Program-made: the position numbers and the translations under genes
The notes under the pieces: model-generated
What the model saw: only the letters and a program-made list of their open reading frames with translations
Database searches by the model: none
Told to the model about the DNA's origin: nothing
Shown: one piece after another, positions 18,978 through 27,721 of the stretch
Layout of the letters: every line of letters starts with the position of its first letter
Numbering within the stretch: the first letter of the stretch is position 1
DNA from: an uncultured virus (IMG/VR IMGVR_UViG_3300038428_000489)
Taxonomy: Duplodnaviria; Heunggongvirae; Uroviricota; Caudoviricetes
Direction: 5' to 3' (one strand)
Virus record (IMG/VR): IMGVR_UViG_3300038428_000489
Length of the DNA stretch: 64,000 bases

Positions 18978-19184
18978 ATGACTAAAGGGACTTGGAATAA
19001 AAATGTAAGAGGGTCTGGCAAATGTAGGCCGGTAATGTTCAGGCGGGTGCAAAAAAGAGGAGGGGGGTATTTTATCCGCTTACCTAAACCCTGGTGCGAA
19101 AAACGGGGATTTATACAAGGATTAAAGATGGCTTTGTATTTAGACCGGAATGAGATTTTTATCAGGCCGGTGGAGGAGGAATGA
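18978..19184 (+). CDS. AbrB/MazE/SpoVT-like DNA-binding protein
   Basis: RRVQKRGGGYFIRLPKPW..G..L..EIFIRP; AGGAG RBS; TTGACA upstream. Confidence 0.75.
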   Translation: MTKGTWNKNVRGSGKCRPVMFRRVQKRGGGYFIRLPKPWCEKRGFIQGLKMALYLDRNEIFIRPVEEE

Positions 19185-19185
19185 G

Positions 19186-19377
19186 ATGGATATCTTAATT
19201 AAGCGTGGTCCCGGCGGAGGATCGTGGCTGGATATGGGAACCGGAAAATCCTTGGGGCCAGATTACAGCAGGTTATTTATTTTTGTTTCGATTCCTGATT
19301 TAGATATAGCACATGGATTTGAGTTAAATTTTGAGAAGATCAGGAGCCTGCTACCCGAAGAAGAAATCAGGGGTTAG
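19186..19377 (+). CDS. Hypothetical protein
   Basis: MDILIKRG.. with GGAGG RBS after the AbrB-like gene. Confidence 0.5.
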   Translation: MDILIKRGPGGGSWLDMGTGKSLGPDYSRLFIFVSIPDLDIAHGFELNFEKIRSLLPEEEIRG

Positions 19378-19615
19378 GATTCCACCCCTCCTTCCTCGAC
19401 TGTTCCCTGAGCGTCAGGGATTTTGGTTCGACACGGCGGTAGGGAATAACCCGGTATTCACAAACAATGCCGCTCTCAGCAGTAAATGGCTGGTATATTT
19501 CCTCGACTCTGGCCATGCTTGGCTCAAAGAAAACCTGATCCAGAATAGCAACCCAATCGGTGGGTTCTTCCCCAGGCCGGCAAATGCGTTGCTCAATTAG
19601 CCAGACTTCGTTCAT
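19367..19615 (-). CDS. Hypothetical protein
   Basis: ATGA overlap with the 3D-domain gene. Confidence 0.55.
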   Translation of the reverse strand: MNEVWLIEQRICRPGEEPTDWVAILDQVFFEPSMARVEEIYQPFTAESGIVCEYRVIPYRRVEPKSLTLREQSRKEGWNPNP

Positions 19616-19995
19616 TTAACCACCGTCACCTGGCATCGCTTAACCCCGAAAACATGGCATTCGTGCAGAGTGGGGAAGTAAATATCCACCCGATAGTGCT
19701 TCCACTTCGGCGGCATTAAGTCGGCAAAGATGAAGGTGCCTACCGTTAGGACCTCTACACGAACCCCAAACCTGTAGTCGTATTTCCCTGAACCGCATTT
19801 CAGGCCCAGGTCCTGCGCCAGCTTCCGGCTCAGGGCTATGCAGCCGCCTTTCCTGTGAATCTCGGCTGTCGCTGGCCCCGATGTTGTGTGGCCCTTGAGG
19901 CAGTAGGCCGTGCATATTACTGTCGGTGCGGGTTGGCATTGTCCGGTCGCTGGGTAGAAGATTATTGTTAGAAGCACGATTATCCATAACTTCAT
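19612..19995 (-). CDS. Secreted 3D-domain (MltA-like) protein
   Basis: Signal peptide; TAYC..TTSG..CIALS..D...RVDIYF. Confidence 0.75.
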   Translation of the reverse strand: MKLWIIVLLTIIFYPATGQCQPAPTVICTAYCLKGHTTSGPATAEIHRKGGCIALSRKLAQDLGLKCGSGKYDYRFGVRVEVLTVGTFIFADLMPPKWKHYRVDIYFPTLHECHVFGVKRCQVTVVK

Positions 19996-20140
19996 TCAGG
20001 CATTTTAAGGGGTGCCAACCCATCAGGGGTTCTCATGCGATAATTCCTCCAAAGGAATCAGTTTGGCTTTCATAATCTTGTGCTTTACATCGAAAATGGA
20101 ATCAGTAGGAGTTACTTCAATTCCCTTATGACCCGCATCA

Positions 20141-20338
20141 TTACTTCTTCACCAACTCCTCCACCTTCACCCCCAACGCCACGGCTATCTTCTCCAAAGT
20201 CCCCACCCGAGGATCAGCCTGACCCAATTCAAGGTTCTGGATCGCCCGCTCCGATACCCCGGACATCTGCGCCAGCGCTGGTCGGGAGAAGCCCCGGGAT
20301 TCCCGAAGGGAACGGATGCGGGCGCCAAGGGTGGTCAT
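20141..20338 (-). CDS. XRE-family HTH regulator
   Basis: LGARIRSLRESRGFSRPALAQMSGVSERAIQNLELGQADP. Confidence 0.92.
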   Translation of the reverse strand: MTTLGARIRSLRESRGFSRPALAQMSGVSERAIQNLELGQADPRVGTLEKIAVALGVKVEELVKK

Positions 20339-20458
20339 GTCATATCCTCTATCCCGACTGAGCTATACGGGTGATGTCTTCCTTGCTCTTTATCCTCCAT
20401 GACTACTACATTATAACACCTTTTATTAAAGATCAAGCAGTTTTGTGCCGGGATGGAA

Positions 20459-20854
20459 TTATTCCCCCTCTTTAAATTTTATCAACTTTCTGGTGACCTC
20501 GGCTGCTTCATCGTTCCCAGGATTCCGGTCTGGATGTGAAGCAAAAATCAGAAACTTCAGGTGCCTTTCAATAAATTCCAAGAGGTCTGCTTCTGGTGGA
20601 ATCTTCCCTAAATATCCCGGATACCGCTGCGCCATGCTGAGTTGATGCTGTAATTGAATTAATTGCTTCTTTTGAGCAATAACCTGGTTCCGTAAATCAA
20701 AATTGTCTTTATGAAGGTCGCTGTTTAAATCCTCAAGATGGACAATTGTTCTTTTAAACTTCTCTTTCTCTATGTCTATAGAAGGCGCTTCTAAAATAGA
20801 AGAAGATTTATCATTACTTTGTTGCCTTTTAATTTTAAAACCCCAAGCTGTCAT
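20459..20854 (-). CDS. Coiled-coil protein with a C-terminal J-domain-like HPD segment
   Basis: FASHPDRNPGNDEAAEVTRKL. Confidence 0.55.
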   Translation of the reverse strand: MTAWGFKIKRQQSNDKSSSILEAPSIDIEKEKFKRTIVHLEDLNSDLHKDNFDLRNQVIAQKKQLIQLQHQLSMAQRYPGYLGKIPPEADLLEFIERHLKFLIFASHPDRNPGNDEAAEVTRKLIKFKEGE

Positions 20855-21223
20855 GATTTGGAATATATAGGATTTCAGAAAAGGTTGTCAAGCATAATAA
20901 TACCGGGATGGAAAATGTGAATATTTCTCGGGGGAAACATTGCTACCCAGGGGGGGGTACCTGCCGCTCCCGGGGTTCGCGTTTCCAGGAAGGAAATTTG
21001 AGGCGAGTAGAGGCAGCATCAGGGCCGCGATGCCAGGTCAGTAAGGCAGGCCGGGGTTGTATGTCCTTTTCACAAGTGTTAGTTTACATAATGAATGATA
21101 TTAGACGTTAGCAAATATGCTAAGTAGTTGATATGATTGAGATAGATATAATCAGAAATATTATCAAGTGCGGTGCTATCAAGATATGGTATAGCAAGAC
21201 TGCGGCTGGCCTGCATTACAACG

Positions 21224-21757
21224 TCACTTGACTATCTGGATCGGCTTGCCAGGCGATGAGGGCTGAGGGTGATTGTAAGAGGCTGGCTCCTGGAGTAGGG
21301 TCTGGCCCGGTGGGGTGATGTTGACTTGCTGGGAGCCCTCAAGGGCCTGAATGATGATCCTAACCCCCTCATTCTGCTGGGTATCCTCCCTGATCATGCG
21401 TAAAACCTTGCAGGCCAGCTCATAGGCTCGCAGGCGCACTACATCTGACTTAGACTTTTCGGCTAGAGTCTTAACACCCTTAAGAACGTCAATCTCTCCC
21501 AAGCCGACGGCACGACACACTTTCGCCGGATCTGGCCCACTTCCTTCATGCTTTTTATCTTTTATCGAGCTAGCCGCCCTTTGCAGTTTTTCTAACTGTT
21601 TTAGCTCTTTATCTTCTTCCTTCTCTGTCTCGTCCTTTGGTCCCCAACGAGCGGCGAGTGCTCTTTCCATCCTCTTTTTACGTTCCTCTGGGGTCAACTT
21701 GTTAATGGCACTAAGAACGGCTTGACGGCATTGGGCGCTTTTCTCTTCAGGGGTCAT
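21224..21757 (-). CDS. Putative terminase small subunit
   Basis: KSDVVRLRAYELACKVLRM oligomerisation-type motif; upstream of terL on the same strand. Confidence 0.6.
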   Translation of the reverse strand: MTPEEKSAQCRQAVLSAINKLTPEERKKRMERALAARWGPKDETEKEEDKELKQLEKLQRAASSIKDKKHEGSGPDPAKVCRAVGLGEIDVLKGVKTLAEKSKSDVVRLRAYELACKVLRMIREDTQQNEGVRIIIQALEGSQQVNITPPGQTLLQEPASYNHPQPSSPGKPIQIVK

Positions 21758-21883
21758 GGTTTGAGATTAACTCGAAAGGCTGGCAAAAGTCAACCTATCT
21801 GCAAATGGAGTTTTAGGAGTGCTACCAGGAAGGCAGCGAGCAGGAAGGTGTCTGCTATAATATCAATCATAGTTTTTAAAATA

Positions 21884-22275
21884 AGGGACTTGCTAGGCTT
21901 TTAAAAAACCCAGCAAATTATCAGTGAGGCATCTTGCCAGCACCAAGTCCCTCAGAAAAGCTGACAAGCGGAAACTCCCCGCCGATATACTCAGATGAAT
22001 CTCCCGATCACTTCCGGCTGCTATGAAAGCCAGATACTATCTGAATCAAGCCTTGAACTGCTTCGGCTACGATTCATCCGCCAATCAGCGTACCGGGGCC
22101 GCTCTAAGAGACTGTTTTAAAATACGGGAAGCTGCCCAGTACTTGAGGGCCTGAAATGTGGCCCGACAGCTTCCCGGGGCATCAAAAATCCCTACGCCAG
22201 ATGCGGCCGCATCGCGGGCAGCGCAGGTCTGGGCTCCGCCAAGGTATCGGGGGCCATAAGCCAACCGCCTTGACA
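21884..22275 (-). ncRNA. Multi-stem structured RNA, family unknown
   Basis: At least 7 helices, with G-U pairs that work on the minus strand. Confidence 0.55.
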
Positions 22276-22280
22276 TTCCC

Positions 22281-22817
22281 TTAGTCCCTCCCGCTGGGAC
22301 CCGATCGGCCATTGCAATATTCTTTCATGCAATCAGGATGTCGAGGACTTGCTTTTTCTGGTAAATATAATTTTCCCGGATCATCATACTCTTTACAAAT
22401 CCAGCACTTTAGCCAAGAAGCGTTTCCACAGGCTTTCAAAGCTCGCATACGTTGATGCAGTAGCATATGATACTTTCTATCCTGGCAAAGCACAAGCGGC
22501 CCACTATTTTTAGTTCCGTTATAATGATGAACTTCGGCTTTTAAGGGAAGAGGTTTGCCAAGGGCTTTCTCGGCAAGTATAATATGTTTCGCTATGTATC
22601 CGTCCTTATCCGCCCGTGCATGATCTGGAATAAATACAGATAAATATCCATTTTTTATAGCAATTCCACCGCGCCAGGTTGGGGCATTTTCTCCTTTCCC
22701 TACATTATGACCCCAAACATATTTATAATATTGTCCTTTTATTCTCCCTCTGCTATTGTCAGTTTTGGAGATTATATTTGTTTGCTCTCCACAACCGCAA
22801 GCGCATAAAGGTATCAT
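22281..22817 (-). CDS. HNH endonuclease
   Basis: CACGCG N-terminus; WRGG..GY..HILAEKALG..EVHH..H..LH. Confidence 0.85.
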   Translation of the reverse strand: MIPLCACGCGEQTNIISKTDNSRGRIKGQYYKYVWGHNVGKGENAPTWRGGIAIKNGYLSVFIPDHARADKDGYIAKHIILAEKALGKPLPLKAEVHHYNGTKNSGPLVLCQDRKYHMLLHQRMRALKACGNASWLKCWICKEYDDPGKLYLPEKASPRHPDCMKEYCNGRSGPSGRD

Positions 22818-22851
22818 TGTTTTTCATCCTCCGCGGACTCTTTAAAAAACG

Positions 22852-23031
22852 TCCCGAAGCAAACTGGAGCTGCAGCCACAGAATGCCTATCGACCTCGGG
22901 ATCACAGCCGGGCCTTACCCGGGCCAAGTACCGGTCATTGTTGTTTAACGTGCCAATGAGAACACGGGGGCGCGGTAGTTCACCGCTCCGTCCCACCACC
23001 CATTGCCCTCCATCTCGCCAATGGGAGCGAG
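22852..23031 (-). ncRNA. Structured RNA with two tandem H-type pseudoknots
   Basis: Two 6-bp stems with yyCAUU loops, each pairing with AAUG(G/A) 9 nt downstream. Confidence 0.55.
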
Positions 23032-23115
23032 TTGCAATTTTTGACACACATTTTGGCAAGCTAACTAAATGCATAAACTCAACTTTTTGTTAAATTGGCA
23101 ATAATTTTGGCAATA

Positions 23116-23191
23116 TGGTCGGGGCGGCAGGCTTCGCTCCTGCGACCTCCGGGTCCCAGGCCCGGCGCTCCGCTGACTGAGCTACACCCCG
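23116..23191 (-). tRNA. tRNA-Pro(UGG), atypical
   Basis: Cloverleaf CGGGGUG../CGCCCCG ACCA; anticodon loop CCUGGGA; T-loop AGCGAAG. Confidence 0.8.
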
Positions 23192-23193
23192 GT

Positions 23194-23433
23194 TTATAAT
23201 GCAAGCTCTGGTTCATCGGCCAATGTTAAAGTAACCGTAGGTACGAAATTAAATTGGCCTACACTCACAATTCTATACATTTTGGTTCCTATCCAAACCT
23301 CAATGTCAACATCGCCATTTTTATTAATTACTTTATTTGCTTGTTTAAAACACGACAATACTTCCTTAAAAGTCAATGATTTTTGAGCTACAGAGGCTCG
23401 TCTGGTTTCGCCTGTTGTCGTTCGATCATTCAT
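23194..23433 (-). CDS. Hypothetical protein between the tRNAs
   Basis: MNDRTT..; the longer ORF-track start overlaps the tRNA-Met gene. Confidence 0.5.
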   Translation of the reverse strand: MNDRTTTGETRRASVAQKSLTFKEVLSCFKQANKVINKNGDVDIEVWIGTKMYRIVSVGQFNFVPTVTLTLADEPELAL

Positions 23434-23481
23434 AGTCTTAAATCCATCCCCGCCCCTTTCGAGGCGGGGTAGCAAATAGTT

Positions 23482-23554
23482 TGGTAGCGGGAGAGGGAAT
23501 CGAACCCCCACAATCTGGCTTATGAGACCTGACGGCACACCTTGGCTTCCCGCA
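23482..23554 (-). tRNA. tRNA-Met(CAU)-like, initiator-type, reduced D-arm
   Basis: UGCGGGA/UCCCGCU acceptor with 1:72 mismatch, CUCAUAA loop, GGUUCGAUUCC, ACCA end. Confidence 0.75.
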
Positions 23555-23595
23555 TCGAATCCCATCCGTCAGATGACCCTTCCATCCATAGCCAT

Positions 23596-23625
23596 AGTTT
23601 AAATGTGGTTCTCAGAGAATGTCAA
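23596..23625 (-). promoter_or_regulatory. Sigma70-type promoter for the tRNA/terS transcript
   Basis: TTGACA-N18-TAAACT. Confidence 0.6.
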
Positions 23626-23732
23626 CCCCCTCTTGTCACTAAACACCCCCAAAAAGGACAAATGTAGTGGACAAATCATCGTTATCATTTTAAATTAAAT
23701 TTGTTTACATCGCATTTTAAAGGAGAGAATAT

Positions 23733-24302
23733 ATGGCTAAACAATTATGTTCTATCTTTGATTGTCAAAAACCAGCTCGTTGCAGATCGTTTTGCATCAA
23801 TCATTATTACAAATATATGCGCAGCTTAAAACCAAAACCCCACAAACCGAATTGTGAATGGCCAGAGTGCACCACAAAACCCAAGAATCCTCCTTTATGC
23901 GCTCAACACCGACTTGTCAAAAGACCCGCTGGCGAACCTCGGGGATGGTATTTAATGGGAGACAGGAATCCTCATTGGAAAGGTGGCATTTTTGAATATA
24001 AAAACTACTCCGAACTTAAAAGAAATCGTTTGAAAGTATTGAAGGACTTTAATTATAAATGTATTGAATGCGCTGAATTTACCAATGATGTTCACCATAA
24101 AGATGGCTCAAAAACTAATCATAAGCCAAGTAATTTAATCCCTTTATGCCGGAAATGTCATAGAAAGTATAATAAACCAATGATGTCTAAATATCGAAAA
24201 TTATATGGTTATACATCAACTGAATTAGCGAAACTTCTCAATGTTAATCGCAAAATTATTATAAAGTGGCATAGAGAACAAAAATTAGTTTGCCTCATTT
24301 AA
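23733..24302 (+). CDS. HNH endonuclease with zinc fingers
   Basis: CIEC..DVHHKDGSKTNHKPSNLIPLCRKCH; AT-rich. Confidence 0.9.
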   Translation: MAKQLCSIFDCQKPARCRSFCINHYYKYMRSLKPKPHKPNCEWPECTTKPKNPPLCAQHRLVKRPAGEPRGWYLMGDRNPHWKGGIFEYKNYSELKRNRLKVLKDFNYKCIECAEFTNDVHHKDGSKTNHKPSNLIPLCRKCHRKYNKPMMSKYRKLYGYTSTELAKLLNVNRKIIIKWHREQKLVCLI

Positions 24303-24435
24303 TCCTACCTGACATAAAATTTGTCCTGATTTGCACCCCCTCCTGAACTATTTTTATATTTCCGAACTATCAAATCCATCTCAGAAAAAAACATAAAGTT
24401 TCACAAAAATCAACCTTTGGACGATATTGACATAC

Positions 24436-24465
24436 TTGACAAGCATACCCTGTCGTGCATATACT
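24436..24465 (+). promoter_or_regulatory. Sigma70-type promoter
   Basis: TTGACA-N18-TATACT; a second TTGACA at 24427. Confidence 0.7.
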
Positions 24466-24490
24466 AATAATCAAGAAAAATAGATAAACC

Positions 24491-24698
24491 GAATTAAATT
24501 CTTTGTCATGGTTCTTGATGTCGGTGCAAGTCCGTAAACTGGTGCTGGTCCAGGCAAGACAAGCGACACACCCAGGGGTAAGGGGCGCAACATTGCAAGA
24601 TCCAAGGCCACCTTTGATACAAACTGGGCGGTTAAAAGGGTGCGAGTCCCAGTTGGAAGCTGGTCCACCACCAAGAGCCATGATAAACGACTTAATTC
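24491..24698 (+). ncRNA. About 210-nt structured leader or ncRNA, family unknown
   Basis: 16-bp closing stem 24502-24517/24672-24687; two GGUGCRAGUCC hairpins. Confidence 0.75.
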
Positions 24699-24715
24699 AA
24701 AAGGAGGATAAAGGG

Positions 24716-24847
24716 ATGGATGCGAAGATTAGGGAAAAAGTTTGGGAAGCGGCGGTCCGCATGGCGGCAACTCAACGCAAAGTGGTGAAGGCTACCAAAG
24801 AAGCTAATAAAAAACGCAAAAACGCTGCCAAGGAAAAAGAAACCTAA
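24716..24847 (+). CDS. Small basic protein (43 aa)
   Basis: AAGGAGG RBS; MDAKIREKVWEAAVRM.. Confidence 0.6.
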   Translation: MDAKIREKVWEAAVRMAATQRKVVKATKEANKKRKNAAKEKET

Positions 24848-24904
24848 CATATCCCACCTTGACCCTTCGGGGTTGGAATGGGCTTTTTTGCGAGGAAGAA
24901 GAAA

Positions 24905-25045
24905 ATGCCTTGGTTTAAAATCCGAGTCAAAGAGTGTTTTCGCTGCGGCCACTCCTGGCCCACAAAGCAGGACCACCCCAAGGTCTGTCCTAAGTGCAAA
25001 TCGCCTTATTGGGATACTTCACGGCAGGAAAAGAAGGGAAAATAA
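24905..25045 (+). CDS. Zinc-ribbon protein (46 aa)
   Basis: Manual: ECFRCGHSW..PKVCPKCKSPYW. Confidence 0.7.
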   Translation: MPWFKIRVKECFRCGHSWPTKQDHPKVCPKCKSPYWDTSRQEKKGK

Positions 25046-25077
25046 TTTAAGCAAGCAAAATCAAGGAGGGCAAGGCG

Positions 25078-25428
25078 ATGAGCGGATGGAGAAAGTTTGA
25101 AAACCACAAAGAGGAAACCAAGGCCGTCAAGAAAGCCCTAGTGAGGGATTATCCTAATATACGGGTTGGACACGGGACCGGGACTGCCTGGGGTTGGTTA
25201 GAAATTTATTGCAATATACCTAGACCCGGAACCTGCCGATGCCAGCAAGAAAATGAGGGACGAAAGTTTCCTGAAACCTGCGAAGAATGTCAGATTGAAT
25301 GGCGCCGCGTTTCTGTTGACCTCGACAAAAGACTCCGAGAAATCACTGGCAGAACCGGGGAATATGGTGGCCGCATCAGCTATAACATCAGCTTCCCGGA
25401 AAAGTATCTCAAGGCTGCCAGCAATTAA
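25078..25428 (+). CDS. Hypothetical protein
   Basis: AGGAGG RBS; VGHGTGTAWGWL. Confidence 0.7.
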   Translation: MSGWRKFENHKEETKAVKKALVRDYPNIRVGHGTGTAWGWLEIYCNIPRPGTCRCQQENEGRKFPETCEECQIEWRRVSVDLDKRLREITGRTGEYGGRISYNISFPEKYLKAASN

Positions 25429-25469
25429 CCCCCACCAGGAGGCCGGGTGGCCGGCCTCCAAGAAAGAGG

Positions 25470-25676
25470 ATGGAGACGATGATAAATTATAGAGTCGGGA
25501 ACCGGGAATCATGCGGTCACAGGCACCGGAGCATTGCAACTGCGAGGCGTTGCGCCGCCAGTTATTTAAACCGACGCGAAATAGCAAGGGAAGCGCGGGA
25601 GATCGGCATTCCCTTCCGCCAATATTACCGGGAAGCTATAGATGCCCAAATTACTGTGGATGACCATGAGAGCTAA
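25470..25676 (+). CDS. Hypothetical protein
   Basis: CGHRHRS...A..C motif. Confidence 0.6.
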   Translation: METMINYRVGNRESCGHRHRSIATARRCAASYLNRREIAREAREIGIPFRQYYREAIDAQITVDDHES

Positions 25677-25734
25677 CCCCCACCCCAATCGCCTCACCAC
25701 GGAGCTTAGGTGAAGCCACAGGAGGGTTTTAAAG

Positions 25735-25953
25735 ATGAGGAAACAATGGTTTTGGGCTAAGCATTTCCAACCCCAAGAAGGAGCGGGTACTTTGGAATTT
25801 ATCAATCGCTTCCGTACCCGAGAAGAACGAAATCATTGGGTGCGTTGTGACATGCACCGAGAGAGAGCACGAGGCACCCACCCCGAGGTCCGCCGGATCA
25901 AGAGACGGATTGCGGCGGGAGAGACGATAACCTTTCCGGTATCAATCGAGTAA
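25735..25953 (+). CDS. Hypothetical protein
   Basis: AGGAGG RBS. Confidence 0.6.
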   Translation: MRKQWFWAKHFQPQEGAGTLEFINRFRTREERNHWVRCDMHRERARGTHPEVRRIKRRIAAGETITFPVSIE

Positions 25954-25965
25954 GGAGGCAGGAAG

Positions 25966-26172
25966 ATGGATAAATATTTCGGAGTTTACAAAGGCACAGG
26001 TTCCCACCCTTGGTTTGGCGGAGAAGTTTACCGCTCTGGTGAACCTGCTTCAGACGGCCCCGGTTGTTGGGCGGGTGACTGGTTTCGCACTAAAAAAGCA
26101 GCGATGGCAGAAGCTCATGCGAGGAAAGCCGCAGACAGCCAATTTAAAGCATCTTTTAAAAATCTGGTTTAA
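25966..26172 (+). CDS. Hypothetical protein
   Basis: AAGGAGG RBS; followed by a terminator. Confidence 0.65.
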   Translation: MDKYFGVYKGTGSHPWFGGEVYRSGEPASDGPGCWAGDWFRTKKAAMAEAHARKAADSQFKASFKNLV

Positions 26173-26183
26173 CCCACTACCCC

Positions 26184-26220
26184 GGGAGCCGGGGACCGCA
26201 AGCCCTGGCTCTCTTTTTTT
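26184..26220 (+). terminator. Rho-independent terminator
   Basis: GC-rich hairpin followed by a T run where two operons converge. Confidence 0.8.
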
Positions 26221-26575
26221 ATCCCCGCTGCATCCCCCTCTCCCCAAACTCTTCTTGATAGAGCTTGCAGGCATAATTATAAACCTTGTGCCACCACGGA
26301 GCGGTCCGGAGATGGATGGTATTAATATAACTCAGCAGAAGTTCTCGCCGAGACATAGCAGCCCCGCTCCAATGGTTTGTGCCAAGGTGCAAAATATAAT
26401 CAGCTTCCCGCTCAAACCCCCAGTTACCGTCATGTATAGACGACTCGTAATGTTTCCCGTTTAATTTCTGGCGCTGCCGGTTAGCCAGGTTGGCACACCG
26501 TTTTTTGTTGTAAATTTGATGGGCATAAATTGTCTCAAATACTTCCTTGCAGACTGGACAGGTTTTCGTCAGCAT
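26219..26575 (-). CDS. Zinc-finger hypothetical protein
   Basis: KTCPVCKEVF..C. Confidence 0.55.
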   Translation of the reverse strand: MLTKTCPVCKEVFETIYAHQIYNKKRCANLANRQRQKLNGKHYESSIHDGNWGFEREADYILHLGTNHWSGAAMSRRELLLSYINTIHLRTAPWWHKVYNYACKLYQEEFGERGMQRG

Positions 26576-26932
26576 TCTTCCACCTCTCTAAAAATTCCGT
26601 TTCATTTTCATATTTGGAGCACTTGGGGTTATCCGTGTCCCCGTGCAAAAAACAGACGCCCATGCCTGCTACGCCCATTCCTGCAATACAGGTTAACCAC
26701 TTGCATTGAGGCTTTTTATCCAATGGAATACAGCTCATCATTTCTCCTTTTCCTTTTTAGGCAGATCATTTGCAAGAATCTGCAAAACTATGAAGTAATC
26801 CAGCTTGCCTTTACCAATAAAGTTTTTAAGTCGCATAAAAGTCTTATAGCGACAGTAATAAAACCCCCACATAAAGAATCCCGCTGCGCTAATTAGTAAA
26901 GCTATATAAAGCATCATATCTTCTTTTCCTTC

Positions 26933-27721
26933 TCATCCGAAGTTCATTACTCCTTGCCTCAACCTCTTAACCGAAAGGGCGCAATACTCCTCACTAATCT
27001 CCACTCCGATAAACTTGCGGCCTAATTCCTTGGCGGCTACTGCAGTTGTCCCTGAACCAAGATAAAAATCCAATATAACATCGGAGCTATGACCCACCAA
27101 TTTCATAAACCTTGCTGGTAATTCTTTGGGAAATTCCGCGGGATGATTAGTTTCTCGGCCTGAATAATTTATTTTCCAATAGCCGCGTGTCCATTCAACA
27201 AATTCCTCTTTCGTGATTTCAGTAACATCGCCCTCTTTCCGTTCTAAATCTTTATAAAAGATATATGCCATGTGGAAATTAGGAATTGTATAAACATTGT
27301 CTGCTTTTAGATAACTCCCCCACGCCGTTGGATTAGTTTTGCGATGAGGAATAGTTATCTCACTAAATAATCCCCATTGAGCTTTATATGCTGCATCCTG
27401 CCAAATCCAGGATAATGGCAGGTTTCTACCACTTCCACCAATTTCAATACAGAACCTACCCCCTGTTTTGGTTATTCTATTTAAATAAACCATTATAGAA
27501 TCTGCATGATTTTTATATTCACTAACATTCAATCTATCTTTTGCCCAGCCGTTTCCGTAATCTAAGCCAACATTATAGGGCGGGCTGGTTATGCTTAAAT
27601 CAATGCAGTTATCAGGGAACTTGGGCAGAATCTCTTGGCAATCACAGTTGAAGATTATGCCAGCATCCTCAATGTGAAATGGCGTGAAGCCGTTAGGGAT
27701 ATAATCATCAGGCCAACTCAT
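26933..27721 (-). CDS. DNA methyltransferase, N4-C/N6-A type (beta class)
   Basis: TSPPY, HPAEFP and ILDFYLGSGTT..GVEI motifs. Confidence 0.93.
   Translation of the reverse strand: MSWPDDYIPNGFTPFHIEDAGIIFNCDCQEILPKFPDNCIDLSITSPPYNVGLDYGNGWAKDRLNVSEYKNHADSIMVYLNRITKTGGRFCIEIGGSGRNLPLSWIWQDAAYKAQWGLFSEITIPHRKTNPTAWGSYLKADNVYTIPNFHMAYIFYKDLERKEGDVTEITKEEFVEWTRGYWKINYSGRETNHPAEFPKELPARFMKLVGHSSDVILDFYLGSGTTAVAAKELGRKFIGVEISEEYCALSVKRLRQGVMNFG

Noticed and set aside
20348..20372. tRNA D-arm-like text (TAGCTCAGTCGG..TAGAG) on the minus strand
   Set aside because: No anticodon arm, T-arm or acceptor stem follows
21884..23031. Group I intron or theta/HDV ribozyme around the HNH gene
   Set aside because: No P7/catalytic core, interrupted host gene or HDV topology could be identified
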